Below are positions 1 to 26,826 of a DNA stretch of 64,000 nucleotides, piece after piece. Position 1 is the stretch's first letter; every line of letters starts with the position of its first letter. The stretch lies in NCBI RefSeq assembly GCF_009914755.1, contig NC_060926.1; one strand, given 5' to 3'. The DNA comes from the human T2T-CHM13v2.0 reference genome, Homo sapiens. The notes under the pieces are model-generated. The model worked only from the letters and a program-made list of their open reading frames with translations. It ran no database searches and was not told where the DNA came from. The position numbers and the translations under genes were made by a program.

Positions 1-282
1 TACTGTAAAATAATGTGCATTCTATTACTTTTGCTATGCCACCTTAAGGCCTACAATAGATTTTCCATCATTTATATCAATTTTAAGATTTTCATTCTCT
101 ACTTTAAATACTTTATACTCAAAGTGTGTCCAAATATATCTCACTTCTGCCACTCTGAAGTAAATATTACTCCTCATAACTTAGAGACACATACTCAAAA
201 CTTTCATAGTTCAGATTGCCACCTTTGAACATCCACCAAATGTAAGAAATAACTCTCCTCATAGCCTACCATGCAATATGTC

Positions 283-480
283 TGTGGTGAATTGATTATA
301 CTAATAGCCCTAACTCTTCACATGTCCCTGTATCTAAAAAACACACCTGTATTTAATGAGACATATGAGAAAATTCAGCTAAAATCAGCTGAGTTTAGCC
401 CAGACCAGCAGATGTGCCCAGCCAACTCAAATATGTGAGAAATAACAAACTGCTGTTGGGCTAAGCTTCTACGTTTAGGG
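283..480 (+). mobile_element. Degraded MaLR LTR fragment (MLT1-like)
   Basis: Starts tgtggtgaattgatt and has an MLT1-like 3' portion (cagctgagtttagcccagaccagcag...atgtgagaaataacaaactgctgttg). Recognised from memory only. Confidence 0.35.
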
Positions 481-676
481 ATAAAAAGAGGGACAGAGCC
501 TAGACATGCAAATCAGAGCAATTTAATGGAAGGAAAATCTGTCTAGTGGCTACGTTTGGGAGACAATACAACAAATCTGGAAGTCTATGCCATAATTGAA
601 CTTAGGTCTATGACCATGGACAAGAAGCAGCTGACCCAGTCAAGACAGGTTATGAACCAAACGATTTTCAGCCTTA

Positions 677-2478
<1,802 letters not shown>

Positions 2479-2599
2479 AAAAATAAATGTGACTAAAGAT
2501 AAAAAGAAAAATCTAAATTCACTTATAGGCATAGTTCACATAAGGCCAAATTTAATGTAACTTATGTGTATTTGAATAAATTCAAGAAAAGAACCTATA

Positions 2600-4430
2600 A
2601 AATTGCCTTTTACTCATTTATCCAGTCAACTAATATTAACTGACCACAAATTGGCTGATTTTTCCATTTTAATTTTTTGTTGTTTATTTTTTCTACTTTG
2701 ATTACCTCAGTCGGTAGTTCTTTTAGCCAAAAATCTAGTTGAGTAGTTATTATTTCTTATGCTTTTCCATGTTTTAATTCATTAACTTGTGCTTTTTATC
2801 TTTATATTAATTTTTCTTTAAATAGACTTTGGTTTATTTTGTTTGAAAGAACATATTTAGTTCATAAAGTAGTCTTTCTTGTTTAATAATATAGGTGCTT
2901 GGCTGTGATTCTTTCTTTAAGCCTTACATTAGCTGTATTCCTTAGGTTTTAATACATGCAGTTTTAAGTTTTCATTTTTTTAATCTATATAATATGCCAG
3001 TGATGCTTTATTTTTCTTTACCTCAGAGATTTTTGAAAGGAAGAATTGTTTTTCTTTTTAAATTTCCATATGGAATTTTTTGTTTATATCCTTGTTTTAT
3101 GCTATCACTTTAAATTGTATTGATTTTTGAGTTCCAAAAAGTTGTTTTGTACCACTTCTTCATTTTGAAAATTATTAAAGTTTTCTTTGCTCTTCATCTA
3201 GGATCAGTTCTAGATGTTCTTCTGTGTGTGTGTGATTCTGTCTCTCTTTCTCCCCAACTGTACAATTCATTATATATTATTTAAATCTACCTGATTAATT
3301 ACATTAATTTGCCCTTCATAGGCTTCTTTTGTGATTTCGTTCCTCAGATATAAGAAAGATAAATTAATGTTTTAATTATAGTTATGTTACTGTTTATTAT
3401 TTTACATTGTTTCTCATGGCTTTTGTTTTCTTAATATTCATGGCATATTACTTGGTACATAAAGATTCACAGACTCCATCCTTTTACTTTCCATTTTTAT
3501 TTCAAATGTATCTCTTATATATACCACATAAAGATATATTATTATTATACCATCTGAAAGTTATTTTTAATAAAATATTTTACTGATATGAAATTTAATC
3601 AGAATTCCATCATGTTATTTTGTTCTTATGTTCTCTTAGTGTTTTTGTCTTTTATATAATGTGATTTGTAATTTTGTTTGTATAATACTTGTTTTGTTTA
3701 ATACTTGTTTGTATAATACTTGTTTTGTTGTTTAAAAACTTTTTTTCTGGTAATGTGGAAAGAGTATGATCTGTTCAACTAATCTGTAGCATTATACATG
3801 TAAATATGATTATTTTAATCTTGAAAACTTAAATGTATATCACTTCCACTTTCCAATTTTATCAAATTATTATTTCTATATTGTCAGGATTTAGAATATT
3901 TACGTTGTCTTTTGTAGCCATAATTTTAACACTTGTTATGAATTGAAATAATTTAATTCTTACTACCAGTCCCTTCCTTCACAGGTTTTAAATTTATCTC
4001 CTGGTAAGCTAAATTTCCTTTTTTTTTTCTTTGTCTTGCTTTTCTAAGAAGAATGTGTGCTGCTATTGTTTCTGAATTCTTACATGTTTGAAAATGTTTC
4101 CTTCCTGTTTTAACTCTGAGCAAAAATTTGGTTGGTTAAACAATTCTTAGAGCATCCTTTATTTTACTAAAGATGTTGTAGACAATGTTTTGCTGTTGGG
4201 GCATATAAAGTACAGAACCAACCTAGTTTAGTTTTCCTAAAAATGGTGACAAATTAGTCTCCTCAAATGTGCACGGTATTTTTTTCTCTATCTTGAACGT
4301 CTAGTAACTTTACCAAGACATGTCTCAGTATAGATTATTTATAATAACTTGATAAAATTTCTGATAAACTATTATCTGGAGAAATTGTCTATCTCTTTTC
4401 TAATAAAGCTGTTATTTTAAACCTAATTTT
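2600..4430 (-). mobile_element. Highly degraded ancient L1 (L1M-type) fragments
   Basis: T-rich, strand-skewed sequence with faint antisense L1 resemblance. Boundaries are approximate. Confidence 0.35.
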
Positions 4431-4808
4431 TAAAATAAAAATTAAACTTTAAGTTTAAAATTTTATTAAATAAAAATTTTATTTTTATGAATGTCATGTG
4501 AGATATTGGGGAAAATGCTATATTCAGTTTCACATGTAAGTTACATCAAATAGATGTTTTGAGGCTACAAAATTCTTCTATTCCTACCTATTTAACAAGA
4601 TGTATATGATCTTGTAATTTTATTCAATTTCCTATGATACCAGTAGTTATCTCACACTGGATTGATATATTTTAAAATGTATGATTAATATGATTCAATC
4701 ACAAGATAGAGAAAAGACTCAGGCTTATACTGTGGTAAAGAAGTAAAGATAAAAGTAAAAAGAAAAGAATATTATTATAACTTTTTCTATTTTCCAAAAT
4801 TTTTCTAC

Positions 4809-4853
4809 TTTTAAAGCAAACTAAATATGTCCTGAGAAGGACTCCATATTTCT
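4809..4853 (+). mobile_element. MER57A-like ERV1 solo LTR, 5' portion (split by L1)
   Basis: ttttaaagcaaactaaatatgtcctgagaaggactcc resembles the MER57A-type LTR start. It is preceded by ctac (4805-4808), which recurs after the LTR end (11286-11289) as a 4-bp TSD. Confidence 0.75.
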
Positions 4854-5074
4854 TTTTTTTTTTTTTATTATTATACTTTAAGTTTTAGGGTACATGTGCA
4901 CATTGTGCAGGTTAGTTACATATGTATACATGTGCCATGCTGGTGTGCTGCACCCACTAACTCGTCATCTAGCATTATGTATATCTCCCAATGCTATCCC
5001 TCCCCCCTCCCCCCACCCCACCACTGTCCCCAGAGTGTGATATTCCCCTTCCTGTGTCCATGTGATCTCATTGT

Positions 5075-8926
<3,852 letters not shown>

Positions 8927-8962
8927 TTAGTTGATGCAGTTTCTTCCTAGTCTTCATGGTCT

Positions 8963-9979
8963 TTACATTTTGGCATGATTTTGCAGTGGCTGGAACCGGT
9001 TGTTCCTTTCCATGTTTAGCGCTTCCTTCAGGAGCTCTTTTAGGGCAGGTCTGGTGGTGACAAAATCTCTCAGCATTTGTTTGTCTGTAAAGTATTTTAT
9101 TTCTCCTTCACTTATGAAGCTTAGTTTGGCTGGATATGAAATTCTGGGTTGAAAATTCTTTTCTTTAAGAATGTTCAATATTGGCCCCCACTCTCTTCTG
9201 GCTTGTAGGATTTCTGCTGAGAGATCTGCTGTTAGTCTGATGGGCTTCCCTTTGAGGGTAACCCGACCTTTCTCTCTGGCTTCCCTTAACATTTTTTCCT
9301 TCATTTCAACTTTGGTGAATCTGACAATTATGTGTCTTGGAGTTGCTCTTCTCGAGGAGTATCTTTGTGGCGTTCTCTGTATTTCCTGAATCTGAACGTT
9401 GGCCTGCCTTGCTAGATTGGGGAAGTTCTCCTGGATAATATCCTGCACAGTGTTTTCCAATTTGGTTCCATTCTCCCCATCACTTTCAGGTACACCAATC
9501 AGACGTAGATTTGGTCTTTTCACATAGTCCCATATTTCTTGGAGGCTTTGCTCATTTCTTTTTATTCTTTTTTCTCTAAACTTCCCTTCTCGCTTCATTT
9601 CATTCATTTCATCTTCCATTGCTGATACCCTTTCTTCCAGTTGATCGCATCGGCTCCTGAGACTTCTGCATTCTTCACGTAGTTCTCGAGCCTTGGTTTT
9701 CAGCTCCATCAGCTCCTTTAAGCACTTCTCTCTATTGGTTATTCTAGTTATACATTCTTCTAAATTTTTTTCAAAGTTTTCAACTTCTTTGCCTTTGGTT
9801 TGAATGTCCTCCCGTAGCTCAGAGTAATTTGATCGTCTGAAGCCTTCTTCTCTCAGCTCGTCAAAGTCATTCTCCATCCAGCTTTGTTCCATTGCTGGTG
9901 AGGAAGTGCGTTCCTTTGGAGGAGGAGAGGCACTCTGATTTTTAGAGTTTCCAGTTTTTCTGTTCTGTTTTTTCCCCAT
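8963..9979 (-). CDS. L1 ORF1p (p40), intact 338 aa
   Basis: Canonical length, MGKKQNRK start, coiled coil, and REKG, ARR and YPAKLS motifs retained. Confidence 0.95.
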   Translation of the reverse strand: MGKKQNRKTGNSKNQSASPPPKERTSSPAMEQSWMENDFDELREEGFRRSNYSELREDIQTKGKEVENFEKNLEECITRITNREKCLKELMELKTKARELREECRSLRSRCDQLEERVSAMEDEMNEMKREGKFREKRIKRNEQSLQEIWDYVKRPNLRLIGVPESDGENGTKLENTVQDIIQENFPNLARQANVQIQEIQRTPQRYSSRRATPRHIIVRFTKVEMKEKMLREAREKGRVTLKGKPIRLTADLSAEILQARREWGPILNILKEKNFQPRISYPAKLSFISEGEIKYFTDKQMLRDFVTTRPALKELLKEALNMERNNRFQPLQNHAKM

Positions 9980-10879
9980 CTTTGTGGTTTTATCTACTTT
10001 TGGTCTTTGATGATGGTGATGTACAGATGGATTTTTGGTGTGGATGTCCTTTCTGTTTGTTAGTTTTCCTTCTAACAGACAGGACCCTCAGCTGCAGGTC
10101 TGTTGGAATACCCTGCCGTGTGAGGTGTCAGTGTGCCCCTGCTGGGGGGTGCCTCCCAGTTAGGCTGCTCGGGGGTCAGGGACTCACTTGAGGAGGCAGT
10201 CTGCCCGTTCTCAGATCTCCAGCTGCGTGCTGGGAGAACCACTGCTCTCTTTAAAGCTGTCAGACAGGGACATTTAAGTCTGCAGAGGTTACTGCTGTCT
10301 TTTTGTTTGTCTGTGCCCTGCCCGGAGAGGTGGAGCTTACAGACGCAGGCAGGCCTCCTTGAGCTGTGGTGGGCTCCACCCAGTTCGGGCTTCCCAGCTG
10401 CTGTGTTTACCTAAGCAAGCCTGGGCAATGGTGGGCGCCCCTCCCCCAGCCTCGCTGCCGCCTTGCAGTTTGATCTCAGACTGCTGTGCTAGCAATCAGC
10501 GAGACTCCGTGGGCGTAGGACCCTCCGAGCCAGGTGTGGGATATAATCTCGTGGTGCGCCGTTTTTTAAGCCGGTCTGAAAAGCGCAATATTCGGGTGGG
10601 AGTGACCCGATTTTCCAGGTGCGTCCGTCACCCCTTTCTTTGACTCGGAAAGGGAACTCCCTGACCCCTTGCGCTTCCCAAGTGAGGCAATGCCTTGCCC
10701 TGCTTCGGCTCGCACACGGTGGGCGCACCCACTGACCTGCGCCCACTGTCTGGCACTCCCTAGTGAGATGAACCCGGTACCTCAGATGGAAATGCAGAAA
10801 TCACCCGTCTTCTGTGTCGCTCACGCTGGGAGCTGTAGACCGGAGCTGTTCCTATTTGGCCATCTTGGCTCCTCCCTCC
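9980..10879 (-). promoter_or_regulatory. L1 5'UTR with sense internal promoter and antisense promoter (ASP)
   Basis: CpG-rich 900-bp UTR with the YY1 core CAAGATGGCC at its 5' end (~10858-10868). The ASP would fire towards increasing coordinates. Confidence 0.85.
10428..10643 (+). CDS. L1 ORF0 (primate antisense ORF), intact 71 aa
   Basis: ATG at 10428 gives MVGAPPPASLPPCSLISDCCASNQRDSVGVGPSEPGVGYNLVVRRFLSRSEKRNIRVGVTRFSRCVRHPFL. Splice-donor-like CAG|GTGTGG (~10533) and CAG|GTGCGT (~10618) are intact. Confidence 0.85.
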   Translation: MVGAPPPASLPPCSLISDCCASNQRDSVGVGPSEPGVGYNLVVRRFLSRSEKRNIRVGVTRFSRCVRHPFL

Positions 10880-11285
10880 AGGACTCTATACTTCTATATT
10901 TGAGTCCTTGTGGACGAACCATAACCTAAATTAATAGGCCGATAAAATTGAAAACCTAACTTAATAGTGTGCACCTGTAAGAAAAGCTGAGTTTTGGCCA
11001 ATTCCAGCAGCCATACTTCAACCACTCATGGACTGCTGAATGTTCAAACTGCATTCAAATAAGGCTAACGCCGAGCTGTAACCAGTATCGCCGTTTCTGT
11101 ACCTCACTTCCAATTCCTGTATGTCAATTTACCTTTTTGTCTGTACATTTCTTCTGACCATGATCCACCCCTGTAGTCTCTCTGAATCTTCTGTGATTCT
11201 GGAGGCTGCCTGATTCGCGAATTGTTTCTTTTTTTGCTCAATTAAACTCCATCAAAATTAACTCGTCTAAAGTTTTCTTTTAACA
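10880..11285 (+). mobile_element. MER57A-like ERV1 solo LTR, 3' portion
   Basis: Continues the LTR (cttctatatttgagtccttgtgg...ttcaaataaggctaacgccgagctgtaacc...ctcaattaaactcc...ttttaaca). Ends in CA followed by the TSD ctac. Confidence 0.8.
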
Positions 11286-11574
11286 CTACCTTCTAATATG
11301 CTTAATCAAAACTTGGATTTACCTTCATGTGTTCAAGGCATTGTACTGAGTATCTTGTAATGCACGTAATACAAACTCAGGTTGTGCCCATAGTATATGA
11401 ACATTTATAAAGCAGTTAATAAAATAAATGAGATGTCTAAATATTTCCTCTTAATTTTGATATATTTCTGTTTATTGCTCCTTTATATCCCCACCCACTT
11501 CCCTACTTCATTGACTTTCTGCAGAGAATATAAAGGATAGAACTAGTGCTTTTTATTCCATTCAAAAAGCTGCT

Positions 11575-17113
<5,539 letters not shown>

Positions 17114-20100
17114 TGCCATCTTTTTCCCTACTCATCCTAATCACATCAGCCATGACCTGCAAAATCACAATGGAATAATCAATTTTAATCAAATTAAATA
17201 TTACTTAAAGGAAGCACAAAATTGTAAACTGATAGTAGGAAATTCTATGTTATTCCAACCACCTTATGTAATTCCTAAATTATTACATAAGGCTGATCAC
17301 CAATGAAAGAATGTCTAGGTACAATGATAATGTACTTTTAAAGTAATGTGACATATTTTCTAATACCTTTTTCCATATGGGGCTACATATATCCTATATC
17401 CCTGTATTACTAAATGAGGGAATGGAAGAGAGAGTTTGAGTAAATTCTCCATCTAGTCATTCTAGCATATTATAAGAATAAACACCTTAGAACCCTTTTG
17501 CAAAGTTCTATTTTCCTATAAATCTCACTTGCCACCCTTTATTGAAAAGAACATAATATAGTAAAATCTTCTTTGCTTGGATCTGAAAATACTGTTTTTT
17601 AAATAGGAAGAGCGTCCATAGAAAAAAATGTTTAAAAAGTCACCTTTTATCTTCAAGAAGAAGGAAAAAGCATATTGTATAAACTCAAAAGTATTTTCAC
17701 ACAGCCCCCAGAATGACTTCCAAAGGAACATAGATCCTTTCTCAAAGTTAGTTTGACAATGAGACAAAGATTTTTCTCTAAAGGTGTAAATAGTCAAACC
17801 ACTACTTGAAGGAGCTATTTTTCCTAGAATAAAATTGTTAAGATCTCATCCACTTTAAGTGTGAAATCTTTGTCAACTCTTTGGAATTAGTTTTATAGCT
17901 CACAGCAAAGCTTTTAGCAGGTACAATTTGAAAAAGAAGTGAAAATTTTAAAAAATGAAACTGTAGAGGTTCTTTATATAAAACCATGGGGAACAAGAAG
18001 ATCCCAAGGAAAAGGAAAAAGAAAAAAAAGCAATTGCAAAAACATGTGAATAGTAACAAATAAATAATCTTGGAGTATTCAAAAAAACAGATTTTCTATT
18101 TTGACACTAACACTAAATTACAAAACATTTCCTATTTGTTAAGGAAATTCAAGTAAAGCCTTATTCAAGTTGCTGTATAGAATAAGGGACAAGAGGAGAG
18201 GTAATTGAGGTTGGGGCAAAGTTCAATTGTCAATGGAGCTGTATACAATTTTGTTTTTCATTTACCGTGTTACAAAATCTGCTGTTCTTTGGGAATTGAA
18301 ATTTTCACACTACATTACATTTTAAAACAACATCTTCTCCCTGGGTTTTCTGGATTGATGTGCTTGAGGAAGGTAAGGAGAACCCAACTATGTTAAACAA
18401 ATACGTTTCATGTATTTCTCTTATCTGAGTAGGGGAACAAATAAAGTGACACAGCTAGCACCAAAGAGATAACTAAACATTTAGTCACCAGTTTGTAGCT
18501 CAACACTTTCGATTAAATGGATTATTATTGAGGCAAAGCAGCTAGCATCTTGTTAAACCAGCGTTAAGGGAGTTCCCATTCCACAAAATGTTCTGGGACA
18601 TTGTGTCCCGTAGAAGAAAACAACCATGAATTTGGTAGACTTAGCTGCTTTTTGAATTTTTCAGTTAACTGGTTAATGCATATTTAGTCTCTCCTCTTAA
18701 GCATTTTCCTGGAAGTTACTTAATCTTCCCAATATTTTTGTAAAATTAGGGCAGGGTATTTTCATCTGCCCAGTTGCCTAGGTGTGCCATACTTCAGATG
18801 GGTTAGCACGGGACTCAGTTGGTATTGGTTATCACTAAAAGATAAAATATCAAAAATCATCAAAGCATCCATGATTTATAATGGGTTAAATCATAGTTTT
18901 AAGAAAAATGACAAAGGAGAAAACCATAAATATATATTGGAATTAAATAGTCTGGCCAGAAAATATAATCTCTAAAATATTAGATGAAAGCAGTATTCTA
19001 TAATCTTCTTAAAGATGCCTTTAGGTTTAATTCATCTTTATGTCCCTCATAGTATCTAATGTGATAAATAACTTACATGCGGAAGACAATAAATACATGT
19101 CAAATTAATGGATGAAAGAGTTAAAGAATCGCAGTATGTTTTTAATACTCATAGGCAACAATGGTGATACCTTCTTTGATAGAAAAAATTAAAAATTATA
19201 ATGAAAACAGTTGGAGAGTAAAATTCAGTAAGTGAAAAAATTACAATTTTAATTGAAAAGTGCAAAAGCTAAATATTATATTTACTGCACTCTTTATATA
19301 AAGTTCCTTGTTATTTTCAAAGCACAAATACACACAAACAAACAAGTAGCATTCAGGGAAAAAAATTTATGCAGTTGTTTTATTGACTTGTGTGTCCTGA
19401 ATGTTCTTGAAAAGTGCACATACACATACACACATACATAATTTAAAGCCTATAGATCACAAATGTCATAAAGGTCACCACAGATTAAAGATGCAGCCAG
19501 AATCTGCAACTCCTTTGCTGCCATCTCATAAAGAAAAATAGTGTTTTAAAGTTTTCTTAATGAAGTTACATTTATCATTTTCCTGTTCACTTCTTTCTGT
19601 TCTCAGTATAATCCTGTCAGCTCTAGAGTTGACATCAATGAACTTGAATTTTTCTTAAGTCAGACTCCCAACTAAGTGAGATGAATGAAATCAATATTCT
19701 TCTTTTACAGGTGAAATGAGTTTGGTAACATATGTAGTACTGTACCTTCCTCCTCTTTTTTCTTCTTTGTACTGCAATCCATCAAGGTATAGCTCTTGGC
19801 ACCTGAATGAACACATCTTAATACAAAATTTCAAGCAACAATTCTTTCTAAATGTAATAACATATTTCAGTCTTTGTTCTTAAAATCCCTACCTAGATCT
19901 ATGTTCTTTCCTTCTCCATGATAATTTATTTCTATTATTTTTACAGCATTCTTAGTATTCACAAGCGATTAGTCAGGTCCTTGAATTCATGAAATATCTG
20001 ATCTCTACATACAAAAGCCTAAATGCTATTCAATTCTGAGGACTACCTCTGAAAAAACAGGACTTTCATAAAGGGAATTTCATATTCAAGGACACCATGC

Positions 20101-23100
20101 TTCATGGTTTTACTTTGTAACACAAAGCACCTATTTGCCGTTATTCATGAAGCTTCTTCTATTAATTCAAGAATTCTCTCTGCAATAGATCTTATAGGTA
20201 AAAAGTAACCTTATCAGATTGCTTGGTGATGCATTTGTGAATTACAAAATGTCATGTGATTTTTTTAAGTTTTTCAATCCCATAAATCATGATTATTAGC
20301 CTATTCTAAGTACACATCCCGATTACATAATATGTTACAACATATGATGATTTAAGCAGGTGATAAAAATAATTCAATAAGGAAAATATTAATTTATGCT
20401 AAGAGGTTGCAAAGTTGTTTTTATTTTCATATATTCATATTTTTCACATTTTGAACACTGGTAAGAAAGAATTATATTGTTCAGTTTTTATCACAAGAAA
20501 ACTCTAGAGGGGTGATTAGAAATTTATTATACAAACTAATAGAAGTATTTGGACTAAGGACTCAGAAATATTCTGTATGTTGGACTAGTAAATTTGGGGA
20601 AACTTAAGAAAATCAAACTGGATAAGGAGAAAGAGGCTACAGAGTTGCTAAATCATGTTACCATACAGATAGGATGAGCAAGGAACACAGAGGAGTTTCC
20701 ACCAAATGAAGAGAACCTGGTTGACACACAACTTGACACCATTAATGTTACAATTGATCCTCCTTTCAACCCCATTCCCACCACAACCTTATAATAATTC
20801 CACTGTATGTGAAAATCAATGAGCAAATGGAAGTAAAGAGTAACTAGCAAGTGTTTGATGAAATCCGTGATCTAATGGGCTTGGAGGAATGGCTGGGGAG
20901 TAGCTGAGAGGGATTTGTTCAGTGGACAAAAATGTAATCAAAATGAGGAAGATCTGTGTAAATACAAAGGATTTTCTCAAGCCCGATAATCTAGGGAATA
21001 CTTGCATATCTCAGATCTCTGGTATCTCTCAATGTAGCCAATGTAGATGAATCTTTGTGTACACATGTTGCCTCACCTGTTGTCCATTATTGACTGGGGA
21101 GGAAAGGACTGCCAGATGACAGAGATCTTTCTTCAGGTTTGGTGGTTCCTGTAAACAGACCTATTAAGCTGAGGGCTGCAATTGCCTGTTGTGTGGATTA
21201 TTCTCCCTTGCACTAGCTGCCACCTGTAAAAGTTGAATGCACCCAGGAGATAGGATGGTATAGCAGAAAAACAATAATGAGACTAAAGGAACTTATTCCT
21301 CAGACCCTAGTGAAAGGTACCACAAAATAATCAATGGCAATAAAACAGACATTAAAGCAAACAAAAAAGCTTATCAGTACTTCTCATCAGGAAGAAAAAG
21401 CATAGCTTTTGTACCATAAACTTTTAAAGTTGTAACCCAGAGAGAAGAGATAGAAGACTCAAGGAATTAATTCTATGCAAATAAATTTTAAAATGTGGTA
21501 TAAATGGATTACTTTTTGAAAAGAAATAAAACACAAACATTGGCACCTGCTTCTAAATAATGTTTCAGACTGCTTGCTAGCTACAAGAGCAGCAGGAAGT
21601 TGGTTTCTCTCTCCTCTATTCTGCCATCTAAATCTCTTACAGTTATATCAATTTTCCAAAAAAATAATTTAAATCCAGAAGCCTAAATACAAGGGAGACT
21701 GGTAACATAATTTTAGGTTTTCCAATCTCTTAATCTCAAAGAAAAGTGGAAGCCAATCAATGTGGCTCCAGAGCCCAAGCTCTACTGCCCCCGAAGCTTG
21801 GGAGCTGCTATTAACATTAAAAGAAAACAGGGCTTTTTTTTACTTTTCACCTTTAACCACATAAATATGGTTCCAATTATCTAAATCAAAATGAGATATT
21901 TTACCAACTATATTAATTGTCAAATATATAAAAATTAGGGAACATGATATACAAAATGTAATTAATATTCATTTTATGTAATATATTAATAAACATGCAG
22001 TAAATATTTTACATCATTAATTATTTGATATCATTTTGTTTTGTGGAGCAGTGATCAGAAAGACACCTACACCTACAGATTCTCCCAGGAAACAACAATA
22101 TCTTCACCCCATCCCCCACTAGATATAATAATTTTTTCAATAATTGCTTGCATCTTGTAAGATAGCAGACACACAGCCAGATTTCTGCAACAGTCAAATG
22201 GCTGAGGTTGCATAATGGGGTGCAAGGAGAATTTAGCTGGGGAATCCACACTCTATCAATTATCATCTTACCAATCATTGCCATGGGAACTTGGGGGTAC
22301 CTGAGAACTCATAGTTCTATCCAATATTATCTCTCATTTCTTGCTTTAAACAACTTCTTAAGTTCTGTATCTTTTTCAATAAATTTCAAAATCACTTCAC
22401 AATCTCTTACTATGATTACTGGCATTTTATTAATTACATTTCTGGGGGAACAATGATTCAATCTGCAAACCAATAAATGAGATCCCTCAGTCAGTAAAAA
22501 GGCCTTATTTAAGAAATAGAATGTAACTGTGTTGATTTTAATACAGTTTTCAAGGTATTTAAGAACAATACTTTCAAACTAATGACATTATTATCAATAA
22601 AATCCTACTTTTATTAAAGGAGTAGAGATAAAGATGAATGAATTAATTTGACAAACTTTTTCTAATCATCTAAAATATTTTACAATATTTAACTTCTCAG
22701 TCTAACTTTATTCTCTTTTTTCCCTCCTATTTTCTAGCCCAACTTGCCAATAGTTATAACTTGATTCCAATTCTTGCTCTCCTTTTTTTCCTGCTACAGC
22801 CCAAATATAACAAGGGCATGTGTGGGTTGGATCTCGTTATGCAAGGATCTCATAGCAGTTGTTAAATGCAGCCTATCTCTCTTTGAGGGACTTAATTATT
22901 CAACAGTTATTTCTACTGATTATGAACCTGAAGATACCGACAGATTGGTTGGCAAGGCGGCGGAAGTGGGGGAACATTAGTTATCTGAAATAAGCCTCCT
23001 AGCATTCTCTAGGATCAAAATGGAACCTAAATTTTCTCCCACTGCTGACTTCATCCTATTGCTGCATGACATTAATGTCTCTGCTTGGCTGACTGCCCTT

Positions 23101-24500
23101 TTCTCTTCCAAAGAATCCTTCTAACATTTGAACAACAGATTAAATATTTTTGCTACTGCCAGCCAAATATAACTGCACCAACTTATGGTTACTCAACCTG
23201 AAGGTCTCCTCTACCCTGGGTAGGAAGCTGGGTGCCACATAGGAGCCATAAATAAAAGGAACATATAGAATACTGTAGGTACAGAATAGGAGGCACATAG
23301 TTTCTTTTTGCCTATTGTTTCTCCAAATGCCAAAATAATAGATTGGAAAATAAGGAGCTTACTAGATACTAGAAAATCACAATAGTATCCTCCAAATTTG
23401 CATAAAGAAAGAAAGCACAGACTCAATCCTTGTGTAGTCTTGATTCTTTCTCCCAAATGAGATATACATAGACAGAAATTTATAGTATTTTAGGAAGATT
23501 AATTGCATTGTATTATGAGCCATTTATCGTGCAGCATTCACTGACCTTAATATTATCAGATATTTACTAAGAATATGGAACGTTCTTCCTTAAGAACAGA
23601 CTGCACATACACATACAAATAAATAACCAACCATATGTCAGTAATGCCCAAATCATAAACTGCCCACACATTTTATAATAGCTTTCACAACTGTGTATCT
23701 AACCTGTTAAAAGTTGACATGGTGCATTAGACAACATAAATTCTAATAAATCCTTTCTACTTTAGGCTACCCTTCTTTTCTTACTGTTTCACACCAAACA
23801 ATTTTCCCTAAAAGAGTACTTGCTGTATCATTTCCCTAAACACCTACTCACTGCTCAGCCTACACCAATTTGTTTTCAGACCCCCATTACTTTATCACTG
23901 ACCTCTTTCACTCCATCAGTGAATTTTATGATTTGACTTTTCAGCAGGATTTAATATTGTTCATCCATTCTACATTCCTAAATATTATTTTTTGTCTGTG
24001 TCCATGTCACTTCACTCTTTTTTTTCTTTCATCTCTATTTTTTTCCCAGTCCCCATCACCCTCTGCTACCTGAACTCTAAATCCCAGATTAGACCTGAAG
24101 TTCTTATTCTTCTAAGCAGCCTCATCTACTGCCTTCATTCAACTTTAATTATCTTCTAAAATACCATAACGAACAAACAAATATCCCCTACACTGACTCT
24201 CCTCTCAACACCTGGCCTATATACTCTATTGCCTACTTCACATTTTTGCTTCAGTGTCTCAAAGTCTCAGCAGGTCTGTAGCAGATGTCTGGTGTTTGGA
24301 TGTGTCTCTTTAAATTTTCTGAGTTGATTGTAACCTGTGGACAGTGGTACACACTAACAACCTCCTGTGGCTCTGTGCCTGAGGAAATAGAAAGTTAACC
24401 TTCACAGAGAGCCTTTTTTCTCACCCAAGAGATTAATCAGCAACTTTAATTGTTTTCTTCAAATCATGAAAGTAACTAGTCTTGGGTCATTCTCTTGATC

Positions 24501-24815
<315 letters not shown>

Positions 24816-25223
24816 AATCTTTTCTTTCAATTTTATGTACGTTGCTAGGCAAGATTATAAGTTTAAAAACTTCTTGATATTTTGATCTATACCTTCTCCT
24901 TTCAACCATGATTCTTGTCTATTCTGCTCATTCCCAAAAATCGCTATGGCTTTCACTTCCATCTTGCCCTTAGAAAAAAGTTCTTAACTTCATGATAATG
25001 TTCACTACTAAAATTTTCACCAAATATTTAATCAAAATTAAAAGTTCCATCATACATAATATGACTACAAAGGATACTATGGTGTAGTGACCTCAAAACA
25101 TTTTGACTCTAACTATCAACAAGTTTGTTTGAGACTGTTTCCCATACATATATATGGGAAAGAATTATATATATACACACAGTTGTTGGTTAATTATATC
25201 CAAGCATTAAAATATTGTATTCT

Positions 25224-26826
<1,603 letters not shown>

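Noticed and set aside
3674-3729. Short tandem duplication ttgtttgtataatacttgttttgtt
   Set aside because: Ordinary slippage in low-complexity sequence. Not CRISPR-like, with only two copies and no spacer array.
19690-19730. Strong splice-acceptor-like ttcttcttttacag|G on the plus strand
   Set aside because: No convincing downstream donor or coding frame, and such motifs are common in AT-rich DNA.
25138-25161. 24-bp near-palindrome tttcccatacatatatatgggaaa
   Set aside because: Short and AT-rich, probably a decayed MIR core, with no supporting context.
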